64,000 nucleotides of DNA, from contig JAIOIW010000082.1 in assembly GCA_019912385.1 (NCBI GenBank), positions 3,515-67,514 on the forward strand, given 5' to 3'. Source of the DNA: Notoacmeibacter sp. Lineage in GTDB: Bacteria > Pseudomonadota > Alphaproteobacteria > Rhizobiales > Rhizobiaceae. Numbering within the stretch: the first letter of the stretch is position 1; every line of letters starts with the position of its first letter. Below, in pieces: positions 9,123-19,406 of this stretch. Below the pieces are notes generated by a model, which had not been told where the DNA came from, ran no database searches, and was given only the letters and a program-made list of their open reading frames with translations. A program made the translations under genes and the position numbers.

Positions 9123-11928
9123 GTCGCCCCCAGCGCGGGGGCGTGGATCGAAACATTTCCCTTCAAGTGCCGCGCACTCCCGCTCCAAGTCGCCCCCAGC
9201 GCGGGGGCGTGGATCGAAACAACGACCCGTATTGCAGCGCGGGCCTCGCTTTCGTCGCCCCCAGCGCGGGGGCGTGGATCGAAACCGTGAGGCCATGCCG
9301 TCGGACAGAGCATGGAGCGTCGCCCCCAGCGCGGGGGCGTGGATCGAAACCCCCTGAGATAGCCGATAGGATCGACGCAACACCGTCGCCCCCAGCGCGG
9401 GGGCGTGGATCGAAACTGGCGAAGGCGGTCAACGCCGTTTCCGCCCATGTGTCGCCCCCAGCGCGGGGGCGTGGATCGAAACGTCAAACGGGTGAAGCGG
9501 AGATGCCGGGCTCTGGTCGCCCCCAGCGCGGGGGCGTGGATCGAAACCTCATCTTCGGAGCGAACGAACCGCAACGTCCCGTCGCCCCCAGCGCGGGGGC
9601 GTGGATCGAAACGCCATCATGAACGCATATCGAGCCGTGAATTCATGTCGCCCCCAGCGCGGGGGCGTGGATCGAAACACAGAATGGCACGTAATGCAGA
9701 CGGCAGCGCAATGTCGCCCCCAGCGCGGGGGCGTGGATCGAAACGCCCTTGCCGGCTCCAGAATGCGTGACGCCTTCGCGTCGCCCCCAGCGCGGGGGCG
9801 TGGATCGAAACCTTGGAAAGATTGCGGATATACGCCTCGTCGCGAGTCGCCCCCAGCGCGGGGGCGTGGATCGAAACATTTGGTGTGCGTGCAGCGTTGC
9901 CATGACATGGTGGGTCGCCCCCAGCGCGGGGGCGTGGATCGAAACCGTAGCGGAGCGTGAGCAGGTACGTCTACGCCGCGTCGCCCCCAGCGCGGGGGCG
10001 TGGATCGAAACTTTCACCCACCAATACTCAACGTCTCCGTCGCAAGTCGCCCCCAGCGCGGGGGCGTGGATCGAAACACAAAAGGAATGCGTGTGCGGTG
10101 CACAGAAGACTGTCGCCCCCAGCGCGGGGGCGTGGATCGAAACATTGGACCAGCTTAGGATGTGGTCGCGCGCGAGTGTCGCCCCCAGCGCGGGGGCGTG
10201 GATCGAAACGACATTGCCGATCCGCTTCGTCAGCAGGATCACGTCGCCCCCAGCGCGGGGGCGTGGATCGAAACCATTACCTGATCGCCGATGCCGCGCT
10301 TCAATGGCGTCGCCCCCAGCGCGGGGGCGTGGATCGAAACGAATACGGCATGGCGGGGCAGGACAGCAGCCAGGTCGCCCCCAGCGCGGGGGCGTGGATC
10401 GAAACAACAAATACGTGCACCGCGCCGCAGAACGCGGGGTCGCCCCCAGCGCGGGGGCGTGGATCGAAACTTTTTCTGGTGGCTGCTGACATGACCGCAC
10501 CGGGTCGCCCCCAGCGCGGGGGCGTGGATCGAAACAACTTCTCCACCACGCAGGCGACATGGGGCGCAGGTCGCCCCCAGCGCGGGGGCGTGGATCGAAA
10601 CCAGATTCTCGATGACGAAAGACATTGATGGCCCGCAGGTCGCCCCCAGCGCGGGGGCGTGGATCGAAACCCCAAGCCACGCGAACTTAGGCACAGCCCA
10701 CGAGTGTCGCCCCCAGCGCGGGGGCGTGGATCGAAACATCGACGAGGGAGGCGGCCTGTCTTGCAATCGAGGTCGCCCCCAGCGCGGGGGCGTGGATCGA
10801 AACTTCGACGATGATACCGGGGTGATCCTGTATATCGTCGCCCCCAGCGCGGGGGCGTGGATCGAAACGCGCTCCTGCCGACGAAGTTTCTTGCCGGCCT
10901 GCGTCGCCCCCAGCGCGGGGGCGTGGATCGAAACCGTCTCCCGGCGCATCTGCTCGATCTGGAGCCTCGTCGCCCCCAGCGCGGGGGCGTGGATCGAAAC
11001 AAGTCCTGATTGACCGAGCACCAGACCTCAGATCCGGTCGCCCCCAGCGCGGGGGCGTGGATCGAAACAGAATCGAGTAGTTCAGCGCCTCGATGGTGCG
11101 GCCGTCGCCCCCAGCGCGGGGGCGTGGATCGAAACGGCTACGGCATTCCGTCGATCATGCGCGACATGCGTCGCCCCCAGCGCGGGGGCGTGGATCGAAA
11201 CACGCGCCGACATGACGCTAACCCGTGCATCAAAATGTCGCCCCCAGCGCGGGGGCGTGGATCGAAACCATCACAAAGCCCCGAGCATCCGTTAACGTTA
11301 CAGTCGCCCCCAGCGCGGGGGCGTGGATCGAAACGACAGCAAGGCCGAGGCCGTGTACTACAGCAACGTCGCCCCCAGCGCGGGGGCGTGGATCGAAACC
11401 TTGTCCCTGACGTTGACCATCGATTGGCCATAGAGTCGCCCCCAGCGCGGGGGCGTGGATCGAAACCGCGTCTGCGTGACGCACTGACCTGAGGAGGAAC
11501 GTCGCCCCCAGCGCGGGGGCGTGGATCGAAACCACATCGCCTCCCGAATTTCTGCGGCCAGGACGTGTCGCCCCCAGCGCGGGGGCGTGGATCGAAACTT
11601 CACCGGGCCGCTGATTTCGTGGGCCGGCCTGGGTCGCCCCCAGCGCGGGGGCGTGGATCGAAACCATGACGGGACGCAGACCACAGCCGACAGCTACGTC
11701 GCCCCCAGCGCGGGGGCGTGGATCGAAACATCAAATGGCGTTCATAGACGCCCTCGCCCTCACGTCGCCCCCAGCGCGGGGGCGTGGATCGAAACATTGA
11801 CGCGAGCCACCAGTTCCGGTGCCGCTCAAGTCGCCCCCAGCGCGGGGGCGTGGATCGAAACTGTATGTGTTGGTGAAGGCGGGCAAACTGAAAAAGGTCG
11901 TCCCCTTCGCGGGGGCGTGGGTCGAAAC
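9123..11928 (+). CRISPR. Type I-C CRISPR array: 43 repeats of 32 bp and 42 unique spacers of 33-37 bp
   Basis: The repeat is GTCGCCCCCAGCGCGGGGGCGTGGATCGAAAC, with a GCCCCC/GGGGGC stem and the ATCGAAAC 3' end typical of I-C. Repeats 1-42 look identical by eye. The terminal repeat (11897-11928), GTCGTCCCCTTCGCGGGGGCGTGGGTCGAAAC, has 4 mismatches. Confidence 0.98.
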
Positions 11929-12028
11929 CACTTGCGCTTGAGCACGTCGCGCTCCAGAATCTGCCGGGCAGCAATCGGCCCCGAAGCGGATTTCGGGAAA
12001 TGCCACTTTCTATTGATAGCAAGGTGCA

Positions 12029-13210
12029 TCATTCGAGGACCTTTGCGACAGCGTCTCGCAGAGCCACATCTCTCGGATCAGGATCCACCCCGGTGCCCAT
12101 CCGATTCATCACGTAGCCGTAGCCAAGCTCTTTGTCTGGGTCCGCAAAAGCCATCGACCCGCCTGCGCCAGGCGTCCCGAAGGCGGAGGGCGACCCGATG
12201 GGGAACCCGGAGAACGGTTTCATGAAGCCGAGGGAAAACGAGACGTCGACCGTCAGGCTCATGTCCTTCGTCCCGCCAGTTGGCGGGATGGCGGGCGCCT
12301 TCAGAGCGTCCAGTGTCTCGCGACGGATCCCCAGCCTCTTCCCGCCGGTTGCGAACTCTCCGTAGAGCTTCGCGAGCGCGCGCGCGGTCCCGACACCGCC
12401 TCCGGCGGGCACTTCCAGGTCTCGGGCATAAACCCTGTCCCGGTCCACCGAGACAGTTGTTCCGGGATTCACCATAGTTGAGCGAAAGACATGGCTCCAA
12501 GGGTTCAGCACCTTCGGGATCATGGCCAAGGGCAGCCCCAAAACGGAGGCGACGATGCCCGGATTCTTGATCGGAGCAAGTCGATCGTTGGGAATGTCCG
12601 GCGGCAGGCGGATATAGAATTCGGCCCCCAGCGAATCGGCGATGTCCTCCTGAAAGACCTGACCGAGCGTGCGGTGCTGCGGATCGACGCGGCGGATCAG
12701 TTCACCTTCGTAGAAGCCGAGAGAGATGATGTGATAGGCGTAGTGCTGTCCGGGCGGCCATTCGGGGCGCTCGGCCTCCATGATCCGGGCCAGCCGGTCG
12801 AAATCAGCGATGACATTGCGGTCGACCTTCTGATGGAAGGCATGCAGCCCGGCCTGATGAGACAGCAATTGCCGAACCGTAACCTTCTCCTTTCCGTTCT
12901 GCGCAAATTCAGGCCAGTAGTCGGCAACTCTCGCCTCATAGTCGATCCATTCGCGGGAATGTGCGTAAGCCATGACGAGGCCCGACACCCCCTTGGTGGC
13001 GGAGAAGACGATGACCATCGTGTCTTTTTTCCATGGGGCACCCGTTGCAGAGTCGCGCACCCCGCCCCAGAGATCGACAACCATCTCGCCGCGATGCTGC
13101 ACGGCGACAGCTGCGCCGATCTCTGCCCCGGAAGCGAAGTTCTGGCGAAAGGCCTTATGAACAGGCTCCCACCCGGCAGCGACGTGGCCAGAAATCAGAT
13201 CGCCGGTCAT
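12029..13210 (-). CDS. Serine hydrolase, class C beta-lactamase/EstB-like esterase family
   Basis: 393 aa with the S-x-x-K nucleophile motif (FSATKGVSG) about 70 aa from the N-terminus and overall beta-lactamase-family character. Confidence 0.8.
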   Translation of the reverse strand: MTGDLISGHVAAGWEPVHKAFRQNFASGAEIGAAVAVQHRGEMVVDLWGGVRDSATGAPWKKDTMVIVFSATKGVSGLVMAYAHSREWIDYEARVADYWPEFAQNGKEKVTVRQLLSHQAGLHAFHQKVDRNVIADFDRLARIMEAERPEWPPGQHYAYHIISLGFYEGELIRRVDPQHRTLGQVFQEDIADSLGAEFYIRLPPDIPNDRLAPIKNPGIVASVLGLPLAMIPKVLNPWSHVFRSTMVNPGTTVSVDRDRVYARDLEVPAGGGVGTARALAKLYGEFATGGKRLGIRRETLDALKAPAIPPTGGTKDMSLTVDVSFSLGFMKPFSGFPIGSPSAFGTPGAGGSMAFADPDKELGYGYVMNRMGTGVDPDPRDVALRDAVAKVLE

Positions 13211-13563
13211 AACTGACTGCCCTTGAAGTGGTTATGCAAAGAATTGTGCGCGGTTCGCACCCAACGTTCAAGCGACGGCCGGCCTCGATCGGCTTGAGAG
13301 GGTGCGTGTCTACGCAACTGGAAGCAACCCCCGCGGGCATGCTCGCCGACCGAAAGGCACCTTCCGTCCGACACTCCTCTGCTGCAGGTGATGGCGGATA
13401 ATCTTCATAAGGTCGCCACAGCAGCTGCGGATTAGGCAGGGATTTATCCAGTGGCGAACCGTCTCGTTCCGGCATGAGGCGGACATTCAGATTAAGTCAA
13501 AAGCGATGTCGCATAACGTGCGTCTCGGAACAGACGCAACTGTTTCACTTTCCTCGCTTCAAT

Positions 13564-14541
13564 TCAGTATAGCCGACCGCCAAGAAACGCACTGGTCTCG
13601 TTGAAGACCTGCCAGGCGTTCCGTTCGGCGCTGACGAAATGCGCGCCATTCGCGATCTCGACGTAGCGCTTCAATTTCGTGCCCAGGACGTCGAAAAGGT
13701 GCAGGGCGTCTGATCGCGTAGAAGTCCGATCGGCGCTGCCGCGGATCAACAGGGTCGGGCAGAGGATTTGCGAAGGGTCATAAACCGGCTCGCTGTTGAA
13801 ACAGGACCACAAATCGACCAGCGTCCCGTTTGGCGCCCGAAAAGCGTGAGGCGACTGATTGTGGGCCTCCTGGTCGTCAGCGAAAGAGGATTTCACGAGC
13901 GCTTGGAATACCGCCTCATCGCGCCACTGCTCGATTTCCCCTTCGGGGATCTCCTCATCCCACCGTGCCCGCGTCTGCGCTTCATCCACAAGCCTGAAGG
14001 CACCGAATGCCGGATTAAACCGGGACGGATCGCCGGGGTCGGCAAGAATTTCCAGCCATCCGTCATTCTTCTCGGCAAAGATCGGCGCGTAGAGCAAAAG
14101 GCGCGCGACATGATCGCGGCCGATCGTTGAAGCATAGAGCGATGTGGTAACCGATCCCCAGGACCCGCCGACGAGAGCAATGCGTTCGGTTCCATGGCGT
14201 TGCAATATCCATCCGATCACGTCATCGATGTCATGGATAACCTCGGCCGCGCGGGCATACGGTTCCTTCGCGTCATCCATGCAGCGCGACCGGGAAAGGC
14301 CATATCCCCGAAGATCCATCGCATAGGCGGCAAGGCCGGCGTTCTCGCAGGCTTCGAGCCAACTCGCCCCCGGATGGGGAATATCGTAAAGGCGGCTAGC
14401 ATAGGTCGCGCCGTGCACGAACAGGACCGGCCGGCGTTGTGGATTGTCCCCCCGCGCACGGACATGGAGCATGAGACCGGTTTCGGTGGACGACGGCACG
14501 TAGTGAGATGCCGCCTCGTCCCATATCCGCCAGCCCTGCAT
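13564..14541 (-). CDS. Alpha/beta-fold hydrolase
   Basis: Shows an oxyanion-type VLFVHG and the nucleophile elbow GGSWGS. I chose ATG 14541 (MQGWRIWDE) because it overlaps the stop of the upstream TRAP large permease as TGATG. Confidence 0.75.
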   Translation of the reverse strand: MQGWRIWDEAASHYVPSSTETGLMLHVRARGDNPQRRPVLFVHGATYASRLYDIPHPGASWLEACENAGLAAYAMDLRGYGLSRSRCMDDAKEPYARAAEVIHDIDDVIGWILQRHGTERIALVGGSWGSVTTSLYASTIGRDHVARLLLYAPIFAEKNDGWLEILADPGDPSRFNPAFGAFRLVDEAQTRARWDEEIPEGEIEQWRDEAVFQALVKSSFADDQEAHNQSPHAFRAPNGTLVDLWSCFNSEPVYDPSQILCPTLLIRGSADRTSTRSDALHLFDVLGTKLKRYVEIANGAHFVSAERNAWQVFNETSAFLGGRLY

Positions 14542-15833
14542 CAGCGAAGAGCCCCAGGCAAAGCCGTGACAAGCCAGGGAAACGCCCAGAGTATCGCGAT
14601 ACCGGTCAGGAATATCGCGACGACCGGCCATGCCGCCTTGTAGACGATCGAGGTCGACAGGTTTTCGTTCGCCGCTTTCAACGCAAAAAGGGTGTAGCCG
14701 AATGGCGGCGTCAGGCTACCGACCGTCAGGTTGATCATGAAAAGCGTCCAGAACCAGATCGGATCGAACTCCATTGTCTTGACGATGGGCTGATAAATCG
14801 GAATGGCGAGGAGCATGAAGGCAATCTGGTCGATGAACATGCACAGGACGAACGGAATCGCCATCATCATCAGGAAAGTGAGGTCGGGTCCGAGATTGAG
14901 CGTTCCGGCGAATGATATGAGCCCGCGCGTGGCTCCCGCGAAGGACAAGAGTTGGCTGAAGAGTTTTGCCGAGCAGATGATGACGAGAATGACCGCGCTC
15001 GTTGCCACGGCGGACCCCAGCGACCGCGTAAGCATCTTCAGAGTGAGCTTGCGGAAATAGGCGGCAACGAGAATGGCTCCAGCTACGCCCGTCGCGGCCG
15101 ATTCCGACGGGGTGGCCACCCCCAGCATGATCAAGCCCATGACCGCGAAGATCACGAGCAGGAACGGGGCCAAGTCAAGGATCGCGCCCGCCGCGGTTCG
15201 GCTGCTTTCGAGCGACCTTTCGGTTGCCGGCGCATTCCGGCTATTCGTCAGGACATAGCCGAGCGTGAGCGTGGCGAAGACCAGGCCGGGCACAATGCCG
15301 GCCACCAGCAAACCGGCGATCGAGACATCCGCCAGCGAGCCTACAATGATCGCAAACAGGCTGGGCGGAATGATCGGCGCAAGACTGGCGCCTGCAAGCA
15401 CCGTCCCCGCCGACAGTTTGATGTCGTAGCCGCGCGATTGCATCATCGGCAATATGGACCGCCCGAGCATTGCCGCGACCGCGACCGCGGAGCCGGAAAG
15501 AGCGCCGAAGACGGTCGACAGGGCAATGGCCACGACATAGAGCCGGCCGCGAAGGTTACCGACCAGCCGATCCACGCTGTTGAACAACACATCCACCGTA
15601 CCGGAGCGGAACAGGATTTCGCCCATCAGCACGAACAAGGCGACCGTGGCCAGTGTCGGCGAGGTGGCGGTTTCGTAGAGACTGTTGGTGAACAGACCGA
15701 AGCCGCGCGGCCCCATCAGCAGCAGCACGCCGGTGATATTGAGAACGAGGAAGCCGACGAATATCTGCACGCCGGCGAACAGCAGCGTCAGCAGGAGCCC
15801 GATGGCGATGATGAGGAAGATGATCCAACTCAC
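14541..15833 (-). CDS. TRAP transporter large permease (DctM family)
   Basis: About 430 aa and highly hydrophobic from VSWIIFLIIAIGLLL. GTG 15833 overlaps the DctQ stop (GTGA). The upstream Arg-rich part of the track ORF overlaps dctQ. Confidence 0.85.
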   Translation of the reverse strand: MSWIIFLIIAIGLLLTLLFAGVQIFVGFLVLNITGVLLLMGPRGFGLFTNSLYETATSPTLATVALFVLMGEILFRSGTVDVLFNSVDRLVGNLRGRLYVVAIALSTVFGALSGSAVAVAAMLGRSILPMMQSRGYDIKLSAGTVLAGASLAPIIPPSLFAIIVGSLADVSIAGLLVAGIVPGLVFATLTLGYVLTNSRNAPATERSLESSRTAAGAILDLAPFLLVIFAVMGLIMLGVATPSESAATGVAGAILVAAYFRKLTLKMLTRSLGSAVATSAVILVIICSAKLFSQLLSFAGATRGLISFAGTLNLGPDLTFLMMMAIPFVLCMFIDQIAFMLLAIPIYQPIVKTMEFDPIWFWTLFMINLTVGSLTPPFGYTLFALKAANENLSTSIVYKAAWPVVAIFLTGIAILWAFPWLVTALPGALR

Positions 15834-16315
15834 GACGCTGGTTCCCGTTGCGTGAGGAGGTTTCGCAGGAAATGGGTGGCTGCGCTCAGCAGGCCAGCCG
15901 CGATGATTGCGGTGATCCACCAGCGCGGGATGGGGTGCGCGGCATTGGTCAGCAAACCGCGAACAAACTGTCTTTGCGCCTCCAATGCCACGATGCCTCC
16001 GGCCATTGCGCATGCGATGCCGGCGACGGCGCCATTGACCTTGTTCACAAGCACGGCGAGGCGGCCGGAAAGCGCCGCTGGAACGAGGTCGATGACGATG
16101 TGGGATTGTCTGCGGGTAATTTCCGGCAGTGCCAGGAAGATGATCGCGCTCAGGCAATATTGAACCACCTCACCCGACCATGTCGTTGGCGCACCGAAAA
16201 AATATCTCGCTGTGACTTCGAAGAGATAGAGAAAGACGGCGAGGGCGAGTGCAGCGCCCGCGACCAGGAAAAGGGCGCGGGAGCTGGCATCATGCAATTT
16301 GCCGAAGATTCGCAT
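15830..16315 (-). CDS. TRAP transporter small permease (DctQ family)
   Basis: 161 aa from ATG 16315 (MRIFGKLHDASSRALFLVAGAALALAVFLYLFE), with four hydrophobic segments, located between the dctP-like and dctM-like genes. Confidence 0.8.
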   Translation of the reverse strand: MRIFGKLHDASSRALFLVAGAALALAVFLYLFEVTARYFFGAPTTWSGEVVQYCLSAIIFLALPEITRRQSHIVIDLVPAALSGRLAVLVNKVNGAVAGIACAMAGGIVALEAQRQFVRGLLTNAAHPIPRWWITAIIAAGLLSAATHFLRNLLTQREPAS

Positions 16316-16332
16316 CCCGCCGCCTTCCACCC

Positions 16333-17331
16333 TCAGCTCGACAGGCCGGCGGATTTCGCCAGCGCGCGCAGTGCACCGACTGGTTCGGGGGCCGATTTCT
16401 CGGCAACCGCCCAGACGCCGCCGGACCACAGCTCCTCGAACTTCGCAGATTCGGCCGTAGAAAACGCCGTCATCTTCATGCCGAGATCGAGCAAATCCTG
16501 CTTCTCCTGCTCCGCGAGTGTATCGAACCGCGAGATCGCGTTCAGTTCCAGTTTCTCGCCGGCGCGCTGGATTGCCGCCTGGAGATCGGCGCCCAGTGCA
16601 TTCCAGCTGTCCAGGTTCATGAAAATCATCACGCCAACCTGCCCGAATACCGGATCGGCCATGTAACCGGCGACCTCGTACCACTTGAAGTCCTTGGCGC
16701 CGGTCAGGCCCCAGGCGGCGCCATCAACCACGCCCGTCTGCAATGCCGAGTAGACTTCGCCGCCGTTGATCACGACCCCGGTACCGCCAAGCGACTGGAT
16801 CATCGGGTGATAGCTGACGGTGCCGCGGATCTTGCGCCCTGCTAGGCCCGGTTCACCGGTTATCGGTTCCTTGAGGAAGTATCGGAAACCCTTGGAACCT
16901 GTCGCCGGCGCCGCGATGAGCTTCATGCCGAGTTTCTGATAATGCTGGTCGATGAAATCGATGACGCCAGCCGAGCGGCGCTTGGCCGGGTCGGATGCAA
17001 TCGCGTCGATCACCAGGCCGACGGGCGTGGTTCCCGCGTGATAGGCAGGATGGGTGAACAGAAGGTCAAAAACGCCCGACTGTACCGGCTCGAACTGTTC
17101 GAAGGTCGGGACCGCATCCGGTCCCGTCAGGCCGACTGACACGGCGCCACCGGATTCATCCGCCACAAGGCTCATGAAGGGAAGCGCCATTTCGCGCGTG
17201 TAGACGAAGTTCTCCGGGAAAGCCCCGACCATTTTGAGCTCATGGGCCGAGGCTGCCAGGCTATTTCGGACCAGTATGGGCGCGACGGCAGCACCTGCCG
17301 CGCTGGAAAGCAAGAACTCTCTTCTGTTCAT
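16333..17331 (-). CDS. TRAP transporter substrate-binding protein (DctP family), Tat-type signal
   Basis: 332 aa with signal MNRREFLLSSAAGAAVAPILVRNSLAASA. It is the first gene of the P-Q-M order. Confidence 0.85.
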   Translation of the reverse strand: MNRREFLLSSAAGAAVAPILVRNSLAASAHELKMVGAFPENFVYTREMALPFMSLVADESGGAVSVGLTGPDAVPTFEQFEPVQSGVFDLLFTHPAYHAGTTPVGLVIDAIASDPAKRRSAGVIDFIDQHYQKLGMKLIAAPATGSKGFRYFLKEPITGEPGLAGRKIRGTVSYHPMIQSLGGTGVVINGGEVYSALQTGVVDGAAWGLTGAKDFKWYEVAGYMADPVFGQVGVMIFMNLDSWNALGADLQAAIQRAGEKLELNAISRFDTLAEQEKQDLLDLGMKMTAFSTAESAKFEELWSGGVWAVAEKSAPEPVGALRALAKSAGLSS

Positions 17332-17532
17332 GTCGGCGTTCCTCCTTCAGTTGACTGGCTCCGGCCATGCGAAGCCACAGCCATCCGCCATCGGTGGCGG
17401 ACAACGTATTGTTGCCGATGCGGATACGAGATCTGGCGCATTGCCCCTGCGCATCATTTGCGATGCGTCCAAATGATCCTCCCTGGATCCTGATCCCTGA
17501 TCCGCTCCCATATAGTCCCATCTGGAACAATA

Positions 17533-17563
17533 TGTAAAGTTCCAAATGGAACGAAATCGTGCT
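17533..17563. promoter_or_regulatory. Candidate MarR operator: TGGAAC-N10-GTTCCA plus a third TGGAAC half-site
   Basis: TGGAAC at 17533-38, GTTCCA at 17549-54 and TGGAAC at 17558-63. This lies 12 nt upstream of the marR start, in the divergent region shared with the TRAP operon. Confidence 0.35.
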
Positions 17564-17574
17564 AGGTCTCATTC

Positions 17575-18096
17575 ATGAACGAGCAAACACGCGCATCACT
17601 CGAAACCGTGGAACGGATGATCGGCCGGTTCGGCGAGGCATCGGTAAAGATGTTGACGGACACGCCGCTAGTTCACGCCTGGCGGATCAGTTTCCTGGCG
17701 AACTTCTTCACCGGGCCGATCTATCGCGACATCGGCGCCAGCTTCGGCCTGAGCCGGCCGCAGTTCGTCATCCTTTTCTGCCTGTCGCAAAAGCCGGGCC
17801 TGGCGGCCAAGGATGTCTGCCTGCTGACAGGTCTCCCAAAAAACTCGATCAGCCGCGCGGTGTCCGAATTGATGGAGCGGGACCTGATCGAACGTGAGAC
17901 TCGGGACGAAGACAAGCGCAGCAAGACACTTGTTCTGACAGCCGAGGGCGCCCGCCTCCTGGACCTTGTCATTCCGCTGTTCGAGACCCGCCAAGAAGCG
18001 ATGCGCGCGACGCTGACGGATGAAGAATTGCGCCAGTTCGATGCCCTGGTGGAAAAGATGATCTTCGCTATGCCGGATTGGGTCGCCCCCGAGTGA
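17575..18096 (+). CDS. MarR-family transcriptional regulator
   Basis: 173 aa with a winged-HTH core (LSRPQFVILFCLSQKPGLAAKDVCLLTGLPKNSISRAVSELMERDLIERETRDEDKRSKTLVLT). Confidence 0.85.
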   Translation: MNEQTRASLETVERMIGRFGEASVKMLTDTPLVHAWRISFLANFFTGPIYRDIGASFGLSRPQFVILFCLSQKPGLAAKDVCLLTGLPKNSISRAVSELMERDLIERETRDEDKRSKTLVLTAEGARLLDLVIPLFETRQEAMRATLTDEELRQFDALVEKMIFAMPDWVAPE

Positions 18097-18120
18097 GAGG
18101 CTGGAACCGGGTACAGGAAC

Positions 18121-19305
18121 CTAAGGCAGAACCCTTGCGGCGAGTTCGCTCCAATAGGCGACGCCGTGGGGAATTGCGCCGTCATCGAAGTCATATGCGG
18201 GATTGTGAAGCGAAGCCGAGGCGCCGTTGCCGATCAGGACATAAGCACCGGGAACCTGGCGAAGGATAAAGGCGAAATCCTCGGACCCCATCACGGGTTT
18301 CAGATCGTCCCTTACCCGGTCGGGTCCGACGGCGGCGCGCATGGCTTCAAGCGCGATCTCCGTCTCGGCCGGATGGTTGATCGTGGGCGGATAGGGCGTC
18401 AGCGGCGGGCGCTTGACGGTCACTTCGACCCCGAAGGCCTCGCCCGTCTTCTCGCAGATTCGCCAAAGCTCCTGCTCGATCGTGGCTGCAACTGTCTCCG
18501 AGAAGCATCGGAACCCGCATTTCATCTCGACGGCATCGGGAATCACGTTGAACGCTTCGCCGCCGTTGATCGCCGTGATCGAAACAACCGCCTGTTCGAA
18601 CGGATCGACAACGCGGCTGACGATCGACTGGACGGAACCTATGATATGGCCGGCCGCGACGATCGGATCGCGGGCCGTATGCGGTGCCGCAGCGTGGCCT
18701 CCCTTGCCCTTGACGATTATGAACACGCCGTCGGCTGATGCCATCGCCGGGCCGCGGACAACGCCGAACTCTCCGACCGGCATTCCGGGCCAGTTGTGAA
18801 GGGCGTAGGCGCCCTTGACGGGGAAACGCTCCAGCATTCCGGCATCGATCATGGCCTGCGCGCCTGCATGCCCCTCTTCCGCCGGCTGAAAGCAGAAGAC
18901 GAGCGTTCCGTCGAAAGCCCGCGTTTCGGCAAGATGGCGCGCGGCGCCCAGCAGTATGGTGGTATGCCCGTCGTGACCACAGGCGTGCATCCGCCCCTTT
19001 TCGGCCGATGCGTGTTCGGCCCCCGAGGTTTCCTCGATCGGAAGGGCGTCCATATCAGCCCTGAACAGGACCCGCTTTTCCTTCGAGGCCGCTGGCCCTG
19101 CGGAGCCATGCAAAATGCCCAGGACGCCGGTCTTGCCAATTCCCTCGATCACCTCATCGAATCCGAAAGCGCGGAGGCGATCCGCGACGAGGCCGGCCGT
19201 GCGGGGCAGATCGTACATCAATTCGGGATGGCGGTGAAAATCGTGCCGCCACTCGACCAGATCGGGGAGCATGGCGGCGATGGAATTCTTCATGGGTGCG
19301 TTCAT
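18121..19305 (-). CDS. M20/M20D amidohydrolase (aminoacylase/hippurate-hydrolase type)
   Basis: Contains WRHDFHRHPEL, MHACGHDGH and FQPAEE motifs. ATG 19305 is chosen as the start; the exact start is uncertain. Confidence 0.85.
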   Translation of the reverse strand: MNAPMKNSIAAMLPDLVEWRHDFHRHPELMYDLPRTAGLVADRLRAFGFDEVIEGIGKTGVLGILHGSAGPAASKEKRVLFRADMDALPIEETSGAEHASAEKGRMHACGHDGHTTILLGAARHLAETRAFDGTLVFCFQPAEEGHAGAQAMIDAGMLERFPVKGAYALHNWPGMPVGEFGVVRGPAMASADGVFIIVKGKGGHAAAPHTARDPIVAAGHIIGSVQSIVSRVVDPFEQAVVSITAINGGEAFNVIPDAVEMKCGFRCFSETVAATIEQELWRICEKTGEAFGVEVTVKRPPLTPYPPTINHPAETEIALEAMRAAVGPDRVRDDLKPVMGSEDFAFILRQVPGAYVLIGNGASASLHNPAYDFDDGAIPHGVAYWSELAARVLP

Positions 19306-19406
19306 GTTCTTGTCCAATGTCTTTCGGGTCGCGCGATCTTTCGGGCGGCGCATCTTCAAACAGGCCGTAGGCCTTGAAGAGCCGGTACTCCGGATGGCCG
19401 GAAGCT

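Noticed and set aside
9155-11896. Possible self-targeting spacers matching the IS elements, Fic region or cas genes in this window
   Set aside because: I saw no obvious match when reading the 42 spacers against distinctive parts of the window. An exhaustive comparison cannot be done by eye. It remains untested and is not a finding.
8919-12032. More than 20 overlapping ORFs of 60-345 aa on both strands, rich in PPARGRGSK / [10 protein letters not shown] / [10 protein letters not shown] / STPPRWGR repeats
   Set aside because: They are translations of the 32-bp CRISPR repeat in different frames. Their periodic peptide repeats follow the repeat-spacer period, so this is not coding sequence.
13155-13475. 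106-aa minus-strand ORF in the 350-bp gap between the alpha/beta hydrolase and serine hydrolase genes
   Set aside because: It overlaps the serine-hydrolase start and has no SD. Its Pro/Arg/Cys-rich composition looks non-coding. The gap more likely holds a terminator and promoter.
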